In this document: in pieces, positions 21,512-31,633 of the stretch
How positions within the stretch are numbered: position 1 is the stretch's first letter
How the letters are laid out: every line of letters starts with the position of its first letter
DNA from: Chloroflexota bacterium
Lineage (GTDB): Bacteria > Chloroflexota > UBA11872 > VXOZ01
Reading direction: 5' to 3'
Length of the DNA: 64,000 bases
Assembly (NCBI GenBank): GCA_963663275.1
Contig: OY760183.1
Span: forward strand, 3,104,001 to 3,168,000
The notes under the pieces: generated by a model
What the model was told of the DNA's origin: nothing
What the model saw: only the letters and a program-made list of their open reading frames with translations
The model's database searches: none
Position numbers and translations under genes: made by a program

Positions 21512-21557
21512 CCTCGACTGCCTGGGCCTAATCCTCTGCTGCCTCTGGCTAAGAGGG

Positions 21558-21717
21558 CTGACAGTGGTATGAATCCTAAGATCGACTTCACGTGTCATTC
21601 CGAACGGAGCGCAGCGGAGTGAGGAATCTAAAGCGCAGCCCCGCAAATCAGCATCTCTAGATTCCGCGAACCCTGTTCGACGCTGCACTCGGAATGACAC
21701 TCACATTCCCCTGTCAG
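21558..21717. mobile_element. MITE family A copy 2 (160 bp, opposite orientation)
   Basis: CTGACAG..CTGTCAG ends with perfect 11-bp direct repeat GGCTAAGAGGG. Confidence 0.85.
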
Positions 21718-21843
21718 GGCTAAGAGGGCGAGTGAGAAGCTTCCAGCCGAGCGCGGATTGTGGACTTGCTCCACGGCAGGTCCAAGCAAGGCACGCGCTC
21801 CGCGAAGTAAAGCTCAAGGAAGCAGAGTACAAGAGTCCACCGG

Positions 21844-21983
21844 AAAAGTCCGTATCCGTTCGTCCCGAGCTTGTCGAAGGACGAACGGATACGGACTTTT
21901 CGCACCCGATAGGGAAACCCCTGGAGAGGCTTGCAGCGGACCAGAGGTTTCCCTCTCCCTGGGGAGAGGGTTAGGGTGAGGGG
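21844..21983. repeat. Perfect 22-bp-arm hairpin with GAGCTTGTCGAA REP core, followed by a BoxC-like element
   Basis: AAAAGTCCGTATCCGTTCGTCC (21844-21865) and its exact reverse complement (21879-21900); BoxC-like 21951-21983. Confidence 0.75.
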
Positions 21984-21988
21984 AAATC

Positions 21989-22696
21989 CTACCGCAAGGT
22001 TACGTGCACCTCATTCCGCCGGAACCAGGGGATGGTGAATGGCGGGTCGTAGGTGGCGATCTTCCAGTCGCCGTAGTGTTCCAGGCCATTCGCGTTTAGC
22101 CATGCGGCCAGTTGCGCGCGGTGGCGTTCGGCGCTGTGGTTGGTGAATCTGCCGCTAAAGCGAATGCTGGCCACCCGGCGCTGCTCCACCTGGCGCAGCC
22201 TGACCCGGTGGTTAGTCGGCAGCGGCGCCGTGTCGTAGGTATAGCCCTCCGGCAAGACGAAGGCCATCGTCCAGGACTCGATTGCTTCCCCGGCCAGTTT
22301 CCCGGCGTAGCCGCGTTCGCCAACCGGGCGCGGTTCCACCAAGACCGGAACCGTCATCGCCATTTCTTCCGACGGAGCCGCGCCGGCGGGTTCAACCAGC
22401 ACCGGCGCGGTCATGTCAATGCTCTGGCGGCTTCGATTTTCCCCGGTAATGTACCCGTAGAGCGGCTGGAATGAACTGTTCGTTGCCCGGTCGAACGACC
22501 CGGCAAGCGTAATCTCGGCCATCACGTAGCCCGCGTAATCGCGAATCTCGATGTTGCCCTCTTTCACCGCGACGTCGTAGGCGGGCTCACCGTACTCGCT
22601 GCCAAAGAACGAGCCGAAGAGCAACGACCTGAAGAGATATGCCCCCGATCCCAGCAAAACCAGGATTGCCAAAACCACGACCGTTCTCCAAATCAT
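21989..22696 (-). CDS. SOUL heme-binding family protein
   Basis: N-terminal TM helix, IEIRDY, LYGYITG, MTAPV, FSG, YDPPFTIPWFRRNEV. Confidence 0.88.
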   Translation of the reverse strand: MIWRTVVVLAILVLLGSGAYLFRSLLFGSFFGSEYGEPAYDVAVKEGNIEIRDYAGYVMAEITLAGSFDRATNSSFQPLYGYITGENRSRQSIDMTAPVLVEPAGAAPSEEMAMTVPVLVEPRPVGERGYAGKLAGEAIESWTMAFVLPEGYTYDTAPLPTNHRVRLRQVEQRRVASIRFSGRFTNHSAERHRAQLAAWLNANGLEHYGDWKIATYDPPFTIPWFRRNEVHVTLR

Positions 22697-23005
22697 GCGA
22701 ATCGCCGTCTTTCCCGTGCGCCAAGCCTCTGAATCCATTATTCCACAGTTTCTCAACCGCCGCGCGGGTGTGAGGCAGCGTCGCTCCGGCGGGGGACAAG
22801 CCCCCGCGCTACGAGACTTGCTGCTCGGCTGGCGAAATTCGTACGGGCAGGGACATTCGCCCCCAATGGCAGAGTTCGCGCTATTCTGCCAAACTGGTGG
22901 AACGAGTCCGGTTTTGCGCCGGTTCCTCTTCTTCCCAGGGAGAGGGAGCGCCAGCGCCCGCCGGGCCAGTTTTGCTACCGGACGGAAAGGAGCCTTGCGG
23001 CCACC

Positions 23006-23815
23006 ATGGCGAACACGGGGCAGTCTGCGCGCGCCGCCGTGCGGCTGGATCGACTGCTGGTAGAGCGGCGCTACTTTCCCAGCCGCGAGAAGGCCGTCTT
23101 CAGCATCCGCGCGGGCGGCGTGCGGGTCGATGGCCGCGCGCTCACCAAACCGGCCGCGACGGTGAATCCCCATGCGCGCATCGAGGTTGACACGCGGAGC
23201 GCGCTGCGTATCGGCCGGGGCGAGCGCAAACTGGCGGGCGTGCTGGAGCGCTTTGGCATCGATTGCGCCGGCAAGGTAGCCCTGGACGTGGGCAGCGGCG
23301 CCGGCGGCTTCACCTGGCGCCTGCTGCAACTGGGCGCGGCGCGGGTCTACGCGGTGGACGTGGGACGCGATCAACTCCATCCCGAACTCCGGGCCGACCC
23401 CCAGGTCACCGTGTTCGAGCAGACGGACGCGCGCCAACTCACGGCGTTGCCAATAGCGCCCCATCTGGCCGTGATCGACGTTTCTTTCATTTCACTGCGG
23501 GCAGTGCTGCCGCCGGTGCGCACCGTGCTGCGCGCGGACGCCGCCATGGTGGCGCTGCTCAAGCCGCAGTTCGAGACCGCTACGGTTGCCAGCGCCGCGG
23601 ACGCCGGCCTCACGCCGGCGCCCTCGCCGCGCCGGCCGGAGACGCAAGACCGCATCCGCGCGGCCTTTCGCGACTGGTGCGCCGCAAACGCTCTCACCGT
23701 GCGGGATGAGATGGCCAGCCCGCTACCGGGCAAGCACGGAACCCGCGAAGTCTTCTTCCACCTTACCAACGCAAACTCCGGTGCGCCTGCCTCCAGTGAC
23801 CTTTCTCGCAGTTGA
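23006..23815 (+). CDS. tlyA: TlyA family rRNA methyltransferase
   Basis: S4 domain RLDRLLV, DVGSGAGGFT, DVSFISL, KPQFE. Confidence 0.88.
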   Translation: MANTGQSARAAVRLDRLLVERRYFPSREKAVFSIRAGGVRVDGRALTKPAATVNPHARIEVDTRSALRIGRGERKLAGVLERFGIDCAGKVALDVGSGAGGFTWRLLQLGAARVYAVDVGRDQLHPELRADPQVTVFEQTDARQLTALPIAPHLAVIDVSFISLRAVLPPVRTVLRADAAMVALLKPQFETATVASAADAGLTPAPSPRRPETQDRIRAAFRDWCAANALTVRDEMASPLPGKHGTREVFFHLTNANSGAPASSDLSRS

Positions 23816-23854
23816 AAGCCCTCTAAGACCGCAGCCATGTTCCCTTTCCAATTG

Positions 23855-24001
23855 CCGACAGGGGTAGGCAAACGTCATTTCGAGCGGAGCGAGAAATCTA
23901 GTATTGCTGGTTTTGCAGGGTGGCGCCTTAGATTCCTCTCTCCGCTGCGCTCCGTTAGGAATGACACGAGAAGTCGGATGTAGAGTGCCTACCCCTGTCA
24001 G
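23855..24001. mobile_element. MITE family A copy 3 (147 bp)
   Basis: CCGACAGGGGTAGGCA..TGCCTACCCCTGTCAG; flanks CTTTCCAATTG / GTTTCCGATTG. Confidence 0.8.
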
Positions 24002-24182
24002 GTTTCCGATTGGAAAAGGGCTAGGGAGAAGGCGAATGTCCTCTATCCGGCCCGTTTTCGCCGGTACGCGCAGTCCGCGCAAGCCTACCCCTCACCCCGG
24101 CCCTCTCCCCAGGGAGAGGGGGCAGAATCGCGCTTCTTACGAGAAAGGAAGCCTTGCGGCGCCGCCTAGTCCGCCGCACTGC

Positions 24183-25796
24183 CTAGTCCGCCGCGCCGCC
24201 GGGGGCGGGTTCGGGCTGCGATGTGTCGGACGCATCGGTCTCGCTTGCGCCGGAGCTTTGCATCAGGGCGCTGAACGGGTGGAGTTTGTGCAGGCAGTGG
24301 TTGCCCGTATCCGCCACGTAGACGTGGTCCCGCTCATCCACCGCAATCCCGCACGGGTCCGAAAACTGCCCCTGCTGGCCCGCCACCAGCGTGCCCCATT
24401 GAAAGAGCGGCTCACCGGCGGGCGACAACTCCTGAATGCGGTTGTTCCACGTATCGGCCACGTAGATCCTGCCCCGGCGATCGAGCGCAATGCCGTTCGG
24501 ATTGCGGAACTGGCCCGGTTCGGCGCCTTCCGCGCCCCATTGCTGCGCCGCAGCGCCGTCGGACGTGAGTTTCTGAATGCGGTGGTTCCCCGAATCGGCC
24601 ACGTAGACCCAGCCTTCGTAGTCCACCGCGATTCCCACCGGCGCGCGAAACTCTCCCGGCTCGTCGCCGTGCGCGCCCCACAGCGCCAGCAACTCGCCCT
24701 TCGGGGAAAACTTCTGCACGCGATGGTTGCCGGTATCGGCCACGTAGACGTTGCCGTCCGTGTCCACCGTAATGCCGCTGGGCGTGCGGAATTGCCCGGG
24801 TTTCGCGCCCTGCTCGCCCCATTGCGCCAGCGGCTCGCCGTCCGCGGAAAGTTTCTGAATGCGGTGATTGAGCGTGTCGGTCACGAACACCTGGCCTTCC
24901 GCGTCAACCGTTAGTGCACGCGGCGAACGAAATTGGCCCGCCTTCTGCCCCGTCGTCCCCCATTGGGCGACCGCCTCGCCGGCGGCGGAGAGTTTCTGCA
25001 CGCGGTTATTCAGCGTATCGACGGCGTACATATTGCCGTGCCCGTCCAGCGCCACGTCGTGCGGAGAACTGAACTGGCCCGGCCGCGAGCCGCCCTCCCC
25101 CCAGATTGCGATACTGCGGCGGCGCTGGCCGGCTTGCACGCGGCGGACGAGCCGCACGGCCCACACCAACGATACGACGAGAGCGATGAGCGAGAGCGGC
25201 AGCAACCACAGCGCGCCCAGCAACAACGGAAAGTCGTACAGGGCATGCAACGCCACCGGGGCCAGCCAGGCAATCAGCAGGCTCCGTCTGCGGCGCTCGC
25301 TATCGAATACCGCCTGGGCGATGAAATAGCCCATGATTGCGCCCAGTGCGGCGTGGACCGGTAGCGAGGTGAGCGCGCGCAGGAGCGCCCCCAGCGCATC
25401 ACCTTCCAACACGTAGGCGATATTCTCCAACGTCGCGAAACTCAGCGAGGCGACCACACCGTACACCACGCCATCGAACGGCTCCGCCAGCCGTTTGCGC
25501 TGGCAGGAGTAGTTGGCAAGCACGATGAACTTGAACGACTCCTGGAGTACGGCCGCGCCCAGGATTGCCTGTATCAACGACACCAGTAAGCGGCTGCCCG
25601 TGGCGCCGTACGCAACTGAGAAGATGATTGAAATGGGAAAGGTCAGGATGATAACCGGCAGGATGGCGAGGATGCCAAACCCGAGGGTTGCCCAGAGGAT
25701 GGCGCGGGGTTGGGGAAACTGGGGCCGGGTGTGCAGGACCCACATGATAACAAGCCCCGGCGCCACCGCGGCGGTAAACATCAATAGTGGTTGCAA
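24183..25796 (-). CDS. PrsW-family intramembrane protease domain fused to an NHL-repeat beta-propeller
   Basis: TM domain with QESFK, FATLEN, VHA, HALYD; six GQF..P.GIAVD..VYVADT.N.RIQK repeats; TTG start after GGAGG. Confidence 0.85.
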   Translation of the reverse strand: MQPLLMFTAAVAPGLVIMWVLHTRPQFPQPRAILWATLGFGILAILPVIILTFPISIIFSVAYGATGSRLLVSLIQAILGAAVLQESFKFIVLANYSCQRKRLAEPFDGVVYGVVASLSFATLENIAYVLEGDALGALLRALTSLPVHAALGAIMGYFIAQAVFDSERRRRSLLIAWLAPVALHALYDFPLLLGALWLLPLSLIALVVSLVWAVRLVRRVQAGQRRRSIAIWGEGGSRPGQFSSPHDVALDGHGNMYAVDTLNNRVQKLSAAGEAVAQWGTTGQKAGQFRSPRALTVDAEGQVFVTDTLNHRIQKLSADGEPLAQWGEQGAKPGQFRTPSGITVDTDGNVYVADTGNHRVQKFSPKGELLALWGAHGDEPGEFRAPVGIAVDYEGWVYVADSGNHRIQKLTSDGAAAQQWGAEGAEPGQFRNPNGIALDRRGRIYVADTWNNRIQELSPAGEPLFQWGTLVAGQQGQFSDPCGIAVDERDHVYVADTGNHCLHKLHPFSALMQSSGASETDASDTSQPEPAPGGAAD

Positions 25797-25834
25797 TACT
25801 GCCTCCGTAATCGTTTCGCGGCGACTGGCGGCCT

Positions 25835-28189
25835 CTAGGGCGCGAATTCCATCCACACGGGACTTGACCAGGCCCGGGGGCCCCAGGCGGGCGCAACGTT
25901 CGAGAGATGGTTGCGCCAAGGCATCGACTGTTCGACGGAGAGATAGTAGAAGTGCGCGCCCGGCGCGGCGCCCGCGTCCGTAAACGCGCCCGCGGCCTGC
26001 GCCTCCGCCGCCTCCCAGGTCTTGACTACCTCGCCGTCGCGCGTCAGCGCAACGATCGCCGGCCGCTCCGTCAACTGCGCCTGCCAGCGGATTTCCGGCG
26101 GCGTCCGGGTGCGGCCCTCACCGCCCATGAAGACGCCGGCAACCCAGAGTTGCACGGCGATGCGGGAGCCGTCGGTGGCAAAGCAGCGATGTTGCCGCAG
26201 CGCCTCCAGGATTGCCGGACGAGTCAACTCCGCGGCGTAGATGCCGGTCAGGCCGCCGCCGGTGCCCGCCGTGCGCCGGTGGCCGTCGCTGCAACCGATG
26301 AAGCCCAGCTTGCGCCCGCTCCGCAACACCGCGTGAATCTTCTCCCGATACGCCGGATCCAGCATGTGCACGCGCCAGCCGGAACAGACTTCCATATTCG
26401 TTTCCGTCGCTGAGTCCGACAAGTGCTGCCAATGCTCGTGGTGCGGATGCAGGATTGCGCCGTACTCTTCAGCGTGCGCCGCCAGCGCCGCCAGCGGTTC
26501 CCCCTCCACCTCGGTATAGCGCAGCAGGGGCAAGTCCTGATCACCGGCAATTACCGTGCGGTGGTTCGACGTCCGTGTGCCGGTTGCGCGGCTCATCTGC
26601 GACCACTCGAACGCCGGCAGCAGCACCAGGTCGTCCAGGTGGCCGAAGTGGCGGGCGAAGTGGCAGTCCAGGTCGTATTCCGACCCCGTGAGACTGAGCA
26701 GGTGCTTGTCGTTATCGGAAATCGCCATGCAGTCCAGGTGCGCCAGATCGCGCGCGTAGGCGATCAGTTCGTCAACGTACCCCTCCGCGTCGGCGGAATG
26801 GGTAGAGTGCACGTGCAAGTCCGCCCAATAGAGGGAAAGCCGCTCTTCCTCTCTCCCATCCGCCTCCGCCTGGCCGCCGGCGGGAGTGCGCGCGCTCGGC
26901 CTCGGCTCGAGGCGCTGCTCATCCACCGTTACCGGCCGCCAGCCGTGCCACGCGCCCTCAACCTGAAAGACCGGCGCGTCATCCACGCTGTACGCGGCCA
27001 GGCATACGTCCTCCACCGAAATCTCCGGCGCAACTCGCGCCGTCAGCCAGAGGTCTTTCCGCCCGGCGGCGTTGGCGACCGGCGTGTAGTAGCGCGGCCC
27101 TTCCGCGATCGCGCGGGTTTCCTGCGCCACCGGTGTGGCGCCCTTCGCGGCAGGCTCGATGAAGCGTCCGCAGAGCACGCCCGGGGTGGTGTGCGTGCTG
27201 CCGTTGGGTAGTTGCTTCCGTTCCCAGAGCAGCCGCGCGCCGCCATTGGGACGCGCGACCACCAGCGGTTTGCGCCGCCTCCCAAGATAGCCCCACACGC
27301 CCAGGCCTTGCCACTCCAACATCCCCCAGGCCAGCACGCCGAGGTCCGGCGAGCCGTCGGCAGCGCGCACGAGGTCCCAACGCCCGCCAAGCCGCCGCGC
27401 GACTCGCGCCACCGGCCACTGGTCGAGCACGTTCGTATCGCTCACGACTTCCTGCCGGCAGAGCCACGCAATCCAGGGAGCGCCGTCGGCGTCCAGCGTG
27501 AGCGAGGGCGCAAGTTGCCACGCCGCCGCCGTAACCATGTCCGTTTCCGCGGCGCGGTCGCTGACCACTTCACGCCGGACAACGGAGCCGTCGCGGCTCA
27601 CGAAGGCGGCGTGGACGCCGAAGGTCTTGCCATCGTACTCGTCCCACGCAACCCAGCAGCCGTCCGCGGCCACGGCCACCTCCGGCCGCTGTACCCAGCC
27701 GGGCGCGCCGGTCACGTCCACAGGTTCCGACCAGCCCTCGCCGTCGTTTACGGCAAGGCGAATGGCGTACGTGCCGGACGCGGCCGCCTCGCACCACACG
27801 ACCGCCATGCGTCCTTGAGCGGAATCGGCGTGGAGCGACACCACAAAACCCTGGCTGCCGAGCGGTTGCGGCGATTCCCAGCCGGACTCTGAACGCGCGG
27901 CGCCGACCGCGGCATAGGAACCCGATGAGTCTTGGGAAATCCAAACGCTTGTGGGCGCATCCTGTATTAGACCGACGTGGGGCGAGTGGTTACCGTTGCC
28001 CGAAGCAGAAACCGCTTCGAGCGGCGCCAGTTCATCGCCGTGAAGCGCCCGGGCGTAGATGCGCTCGGCATCCCGGTGGTAGCCCTGCCACACGGTCCAG
28101 GTGGTGTCGCCGCTTTGCGCCGCATGGGGCGTATGGCACTCGATGCCTTCCAACTCCGCCGACAGGACCGCGTGCAGGGTAGTCTTCAT
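25835..28189 (-). CDS. Large protein with C-terminal PHP-like metal-dependent hydrolase domain (DUF3604/CehA-like)
   Basis: WADLHVHSTHS, SDND, FEWS, HPHH, SDGH, RAWSSPVW; Trp-rich repeat-like N-terminal half. Confidence 0.7.
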   Translation of the reverse strand: MKTTLHAVLSAELEGIECHTPHAAQSGDTTWTVWQGYHRDAERIYARALHGDELAPLEAVSASGNGNHSPHVGLIQDAPTSVWISQDSSGSYAAVGAARSESGWESPQPLGSQGFVVSLHADSAQGRMAVVWCEAAASGTYAIRLAVNDGEGWSEPVDVTGAPGWVQRPEVAVAADGCWVAWDEYDGKTFGVHAAFVSRDGSVVRREVVSDRAAETDMVTAAAWQLAPSLTLDADGAPWIAWLCRQEVVSDTNVLDQWPVARVARRLGGRWDLVRAADGSPDLGVLAWGMLEWQGLGVWGYLGRRRKPLVVARPNGGARLLWERKQLPNGSTHTTPGVLCGRFIEPAAKGATPVAQETRAIAEGPRYYTPVANAAGRKDLWLTARVAPEISVEDVCLAAYSVDDAPVFQVEGAWHGWRPVTVDEQRLEPRPSARTPAGGQAEADGREEERLSLYWADLHVHSTHSADAEGYVDELIAYARDLAHLDCMAISDNDKHLLSLTGSEYDLDCHFARHFGHLDDLVLLPAFEWSQMSRATGTRTSNHRTVIAGDQDLPLLRYTEVEGEPLAALAAHAEEYGAILHPHHEHWQHLSDSATETNMEVCSGWRVHMLDPAYREKIHAVLRSGRKLGFIGCSDGHRRTAGTGGGLTGIYAAELTRPAILEALRQHRCFATDGSRIAVQLWVAGVFMGGEGRTRTPPEIRWQAQLTERPAIVALTRDGEVVKTWEAAEAQAAGAFTDAGAAPGAHFYYLSVEQSMPWRNHLSNVAPAWGPRAWSSPVWMEFAP

Positions 28190-28241
28190 CAGGCTCTCTT
28201 CCGCCGTTTGTTGCTTTGGTTGCTTGGGGCCGCGTCCGCCG

Positions 28242-29780
28242 TCACGCCTGGCCGAGATCTTTCAGAATCTCGTGGGCCGCGTTATGGCCGGGCACGCCGC
28301 TGATCTCGCCGCCCGGATGCTGGCCCGCGCCGCAGAGGTAGAGTCCCGGCAGCGGCGCGCGATAGTGGGCAATCTCCGGCAGGGGGCGGTTCCACACCAG
28401 ATGTTCGCCGATGTGCTGGACGTGCCAGATACAGCCGTCGGTCAAGCCGTTCTCCCGTTCCAGGTCCAGCGGGGTGCGCAGCTTGTAGTCCCGGATCGAG
28501 CGGCGGAAGTTCGGCGCGTGCTCGGTGATCTGGTCTATCAATCCTTCCGCCACCTGCTCGCGCACGTCGTCCCACGACCCGTTCCGCAGTTTCCCCGGCG
28601 CGGCGTAGATCCAAATCGAGGCGGTGTGGTAGCCCGGCTGGGTCAGGCTGTCGTCAACCGCCGACGGAATCGAATAGCTCACCAGCGGCTTGCGCGGCGG
28701 GCGCCCGGCCTCGAGGTCGTCGTAGCAGGCGGACATCTCGGCCCGCGTGAGGCTGATTACGACCGCGCCCTTACTGGGCGTCTCCAGATCGCCGTCCCAC
28801 GCGGTCCATTGCGGCAACTCCGAAATCACCGCCAGGAACTTATAGCAACTGACGTGGGTGACGAGACCCTCGATCCGCTTACGGAAACCGCTGTCCAGAT
28901 GCGCCGCCGGTATGAGGCGCAGGAACGTGCGTTTGGGGTCGAGATTGGACGCCACCACGCGGCTGCGGACGTCGCCGCCGTTGGCAAGCCGGATGCCTAC
29001 GACCGCTCCGCCTTCTACCAGGAATTCTTCGACCTTATGGTCGGTGTGGATCGTGACGCCGGCCTCTTCCGCCGACTCCCTGAACAGTTGGCTGATCACG
29101 CCAACGCCGCCGCGCACGTAGCCGTTCGGCGGCTTGATGCCCGTCTCCTCATCCACCGCGTTCAAGGAGGCGTAGGCGAGTTGAAAGGCCAGCGGGTTGC
29201 GCCCGGCGGCGCCCGCCTCGTATCCCAGGCGGTCCTTGAGATGCCCGTCCGGCAGGAATTCGTCCTGGAGGTCGTAGATTCGGGTGGTCAGGGCCTTCTC
29301 CAGCACGTCCGCCGCCGGCGTCCCGGCGACCTTTGCCCGCACCTCGGCCAGCGAGGGCGGCGGTTGCAGCCGGTACGGCGAAATCGTCCGCTGCAACGTG
29401 TTCTTGAACTCCCCGTAGCGGCGCTGGCCGTCGCGCTCCTCCTGGGTCAGGTGGAGCGCGCGATTGCGGGGCGATTCATGGGTCTTCGGCCCAAAGTACG
29501 TCCCGTCCGGCAGCACCTGAATCCCCTGGCGGGGGATGACCTCCATCCCGCGTTCGAGCAGGCGAAAGTCGCGATAGATCTTCGGCTGGATACCGTGGAC
29601 CATGTGGGCGCAGGTGGAAAACTTGAAGCCCGGCCACAGTTCCTCCGTAATCGCCGCGCCGCCGGTGAAAGCGCGCCGTTCGAAGACGTGCACCTTAAGC
29701 CCGGCCCACGCCAGATAGGTCGCGGCCACCAGGCCGTTGTGCCCGCCGCCGACCACCGCTACGTCGATGTCGCCTGCCAC
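28242..29780 (-). CDS. Phytoene desaturase-family FAD-dependent oxidoreductase
   Basis: GGGHNGL, GGAAITEE, TPLDLER, LYLCGAGQHPGG..GHNAA. Confidence 0.88.
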   Translation of the reverse strand: MAGDIDVAVVGGGHNGLVAATYLAWAGLKVHVFERRAFTGGAAITEELWPGFKFSTCAHMVHGIQPKIYRDFRLLERGMEVIPRQGIQVLPDGTYFGPKTHESPRNRALHLTQEERDGQRRYGEFKNTLQRTISPYRLQPPPSLAEVRAKVAGTPAADVLEKALTTRIYDLQDEFLPDGHLKDRLGYEAGAAGRNPLAFQLAYASLNAVDEETGIKPPNGYVRGGVGVISQLFRESAEEAGVTIHTDHKVEEFLVEGGAVVGIRLANGGDVRSRVVASNLDPKRTFLRLIPAAHLDSGFRKRIEGLVTHVSCYKFLAVISELPQWTAWDGDLETPSKGAVVISLTRAEMSACYDDLEAGRPPRKPLVSYSIPSAVDDSLTQPGYHTASIWIYAAPGKLRNGSWDDVREQVAEGLIDQITEHAPNFRRSIRDYKLRTPLDLERENGLTDGCIWHVQHIGEHLVWNRPLPEIAHYRAPLPGLYLCGAGQHPGGEISGVPGHNAAHEILKDLGQA

Positions 29781-29891
29781 GAGAGACTCCTCACTAATTG
29801 GATTGACCGCCCAATCGTCCGCGCGCCCGCCTTGGCTGCGGCAAACCAACGACTTAACTCGTCCCGCAATATATAGCTCTGTGCAGACTGC

Positions 29892-30150
29892 CCTTCGACA
29901 GGCTCAGGGCGAATGGGAAGCGCCTCAGGACGAACAGGAAGCCGCTCGGGACGAACGGGAAGCGGCAAGGGTTAACGAAGAACCGCTATACCCGTTCGCG
30001 CTGAGCCTGTCGAAGCGTCCGCTGAGCCCGTCGAAGCGTCCGCTAAACCTGTCGAATCGCTCAAACCGTAGGGGTGCCCCTCGTGGGTACCCCCACCGGC
30101 GTACAACGGGACTGCCCTCGCCAAGGCACCCACAAGGGGCACCCCTACGG
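29892..30150. repeat. REP cluster: CTTCGACAGGCTCAG palindromes with ~21-bp degenerate tandem copies and a GTAG inverted pair
   Basis: CCCTTCGACAGGCTCAGGGCG; GCTGAGCCTGTCGAAGCG-type x3; GTAGGGGTGCCCC..GGGGCACCCCTAC. Confidence 0.7.
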
Positions 30151-30211
30151 CTGAGGGCACAAAACGCCCAGCACGCGCGCGGGCCACGATTGCGTTTTAG
30201 CCCACCGCCGC

Positions 30212-31633
30212 CTAGATGCCAAGCTCCTTGCGCCACTCCTCGGCGATGATGTTCATCTGCTCTTCAGCCGTGGCCAACGCCTCCTGGATGCCCACCTCAC
30301 CGTTCCAGATCGAGCCGACCCATTTGCCCGAGAGCACTTGCTGGCGCATCTGGTCGGAGCCGGGCACGCCAAAGCCCAGCGTTGACGTGCGGTACTGCAT
30401 GTTCTCCGACATGTGGAGCACGAACGGATCGTTCTCGTGGAACTCCTCGGACAGCGTTGCCGACTTGCGTACCGGCACCCGGTCGAAGGTCTTGGTGAAG
30501 GCCAAGGTGTTCTCCGGCCGCGCCAGGAACTCAAGCAACGCGAACGACTCTTCCGCCACCTCGGTCCAACCGGAAACCATGTGAATCCACGCGCCGCCCA
30601 GGCTCACCTGCCGCGCGGCATTGGCGGGTAAGGGGAAGCCCGTGTACCCGAACTCGTAGTCCGGATCGATCGGGCGTATCTGCTGCTTGCGCTCAGCGTA
30701 GGTCATGTAGATGCTGGCGCACTTGGCGTTGATGAGCGCCGCTCCCCGGTCTCTGCCGGAAGGCCGCGCTGATTCTTGAAACTCCTTGATGGCGGCGAAC
30801 CCGTCCTGCAGGTCCCACAGCCGCTTGACGAACGTAAACGCCTCGACCCCCTCAGGCGTATTGAAAGTCATCTTGGTGCGGTCTTCGTTGGTGCGGCTGC
30901 CGCCAAGTTGCAGCAGCGGGAGCATGAAGAGCCACGTGCCGTTGGAGCCCCAGTCGGGCGGAAAACCCGCCACCGTCAGCTTGCCCGCGGCGTCCTTCTG
31001 CGTGGTCTTCTGGATGGCTTCCTCGAATTCGTCCCACGTCTGCGGCCCCACCGCCGGATCCAGACCGCCCTTGATGTAGAGGTCGATGTTCATGTAGAGC
31101 ACGCGCATGTCCGGGCCGTAGGGCATGCCGAACACCCGGCCGTCGCGCCACACCACAGGCTCCATCAGGCCTTCCCACACGTCGTCCATGTCGAGGCCCG
31201 TCAGCTTGATGTAGTCATTCAGAGCGAGAACCGTGCCCTGCAAGCCCCGGTCGATCGGCGTGCCTTCGCCGCCGGTCACCACGTCGTAGGGGATGTTGGC
31301 GGCCGCGGCGGCCGCGAACGCCTCGTTGCGATTGCCGGTGTACGGCTCCACGAGCAGATTGATATTGTCAAATTCCGCGCTGAACGCCTCCATGAGACCG
31401 GCGGACACGTGCCCTTCCTCATGGAACTTGAAGGCGGGATTGGGCACGAAGACCACGTCTACCGGCTCGGCCGCCGGCGGCGCCGCTTCCGCCTTCTGCT
31501 CGGCGGGCTTCTCTTCGGCCATCTCCGGCTGGGTCGCCACCGCGCCGCAGGCGGCAAGGGCGGCCATCACGGGAACACTGCTTGCCCCAATGAGCACTTT
31601 TCGTCGGGTTAGCGCCGTCGCTTGCTTGGACAT
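30212..31633 (-). CDS. Extracellular solute-binding lipoprotein (carbohydrate family 1), Tat signal
   Basis: TRRKVL..LAACG, GMP, LYMN, PQTWDEF; no cognate permease in the window. Confidence 0.85.
   Translation of the reverse strand: MSKQATALTRRKVLIGASSVPVMAALAACGAVATQPEMAEEKPAEQKAEAAPPAAEPVDVVFVPNPAFKFHEEGHVSAGLMEAFSAEFDNINLLVEPYTGNRNEAFAAAAAANIPYDVVTGGEGTPIDRGLQGTVLALNDYIKLTGLDMDDVWEGLMEPVVWRDGRVFGMPYGPDMRVLYMNIDLYIKGGLDPAVGPQTWDEFEEAIQKTTQKDAAGKLTVAGFPPDWGSNGTWLFMLPLLQLGGSRTNEDRTKMTFNTPEGVEAFTFVKRLWDLQDGFAAIKEFQESARPSGRDRGAALINAKCASIYMTYAERKQQIRPIDPDYEFGYTGFPLPANAARQVSLGGAWIHMVSGWTEVAEESFALLEFLARPENTLAFTKTFDRVPVRKSATLSEEFHENDPFVLHMSENMQYRTSTLGFGVPGSDQMRQQVLSGKWVGSIWNGEVGIQEALATAEEQMNIIAEEWRKELGI

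Noticed and set aside
24164-24194. 14-bp direct repeat GCCTAGTCCGCCGC at the PrsW-NHL stop codon
   Set aside because: Small local duplication with no intervening element
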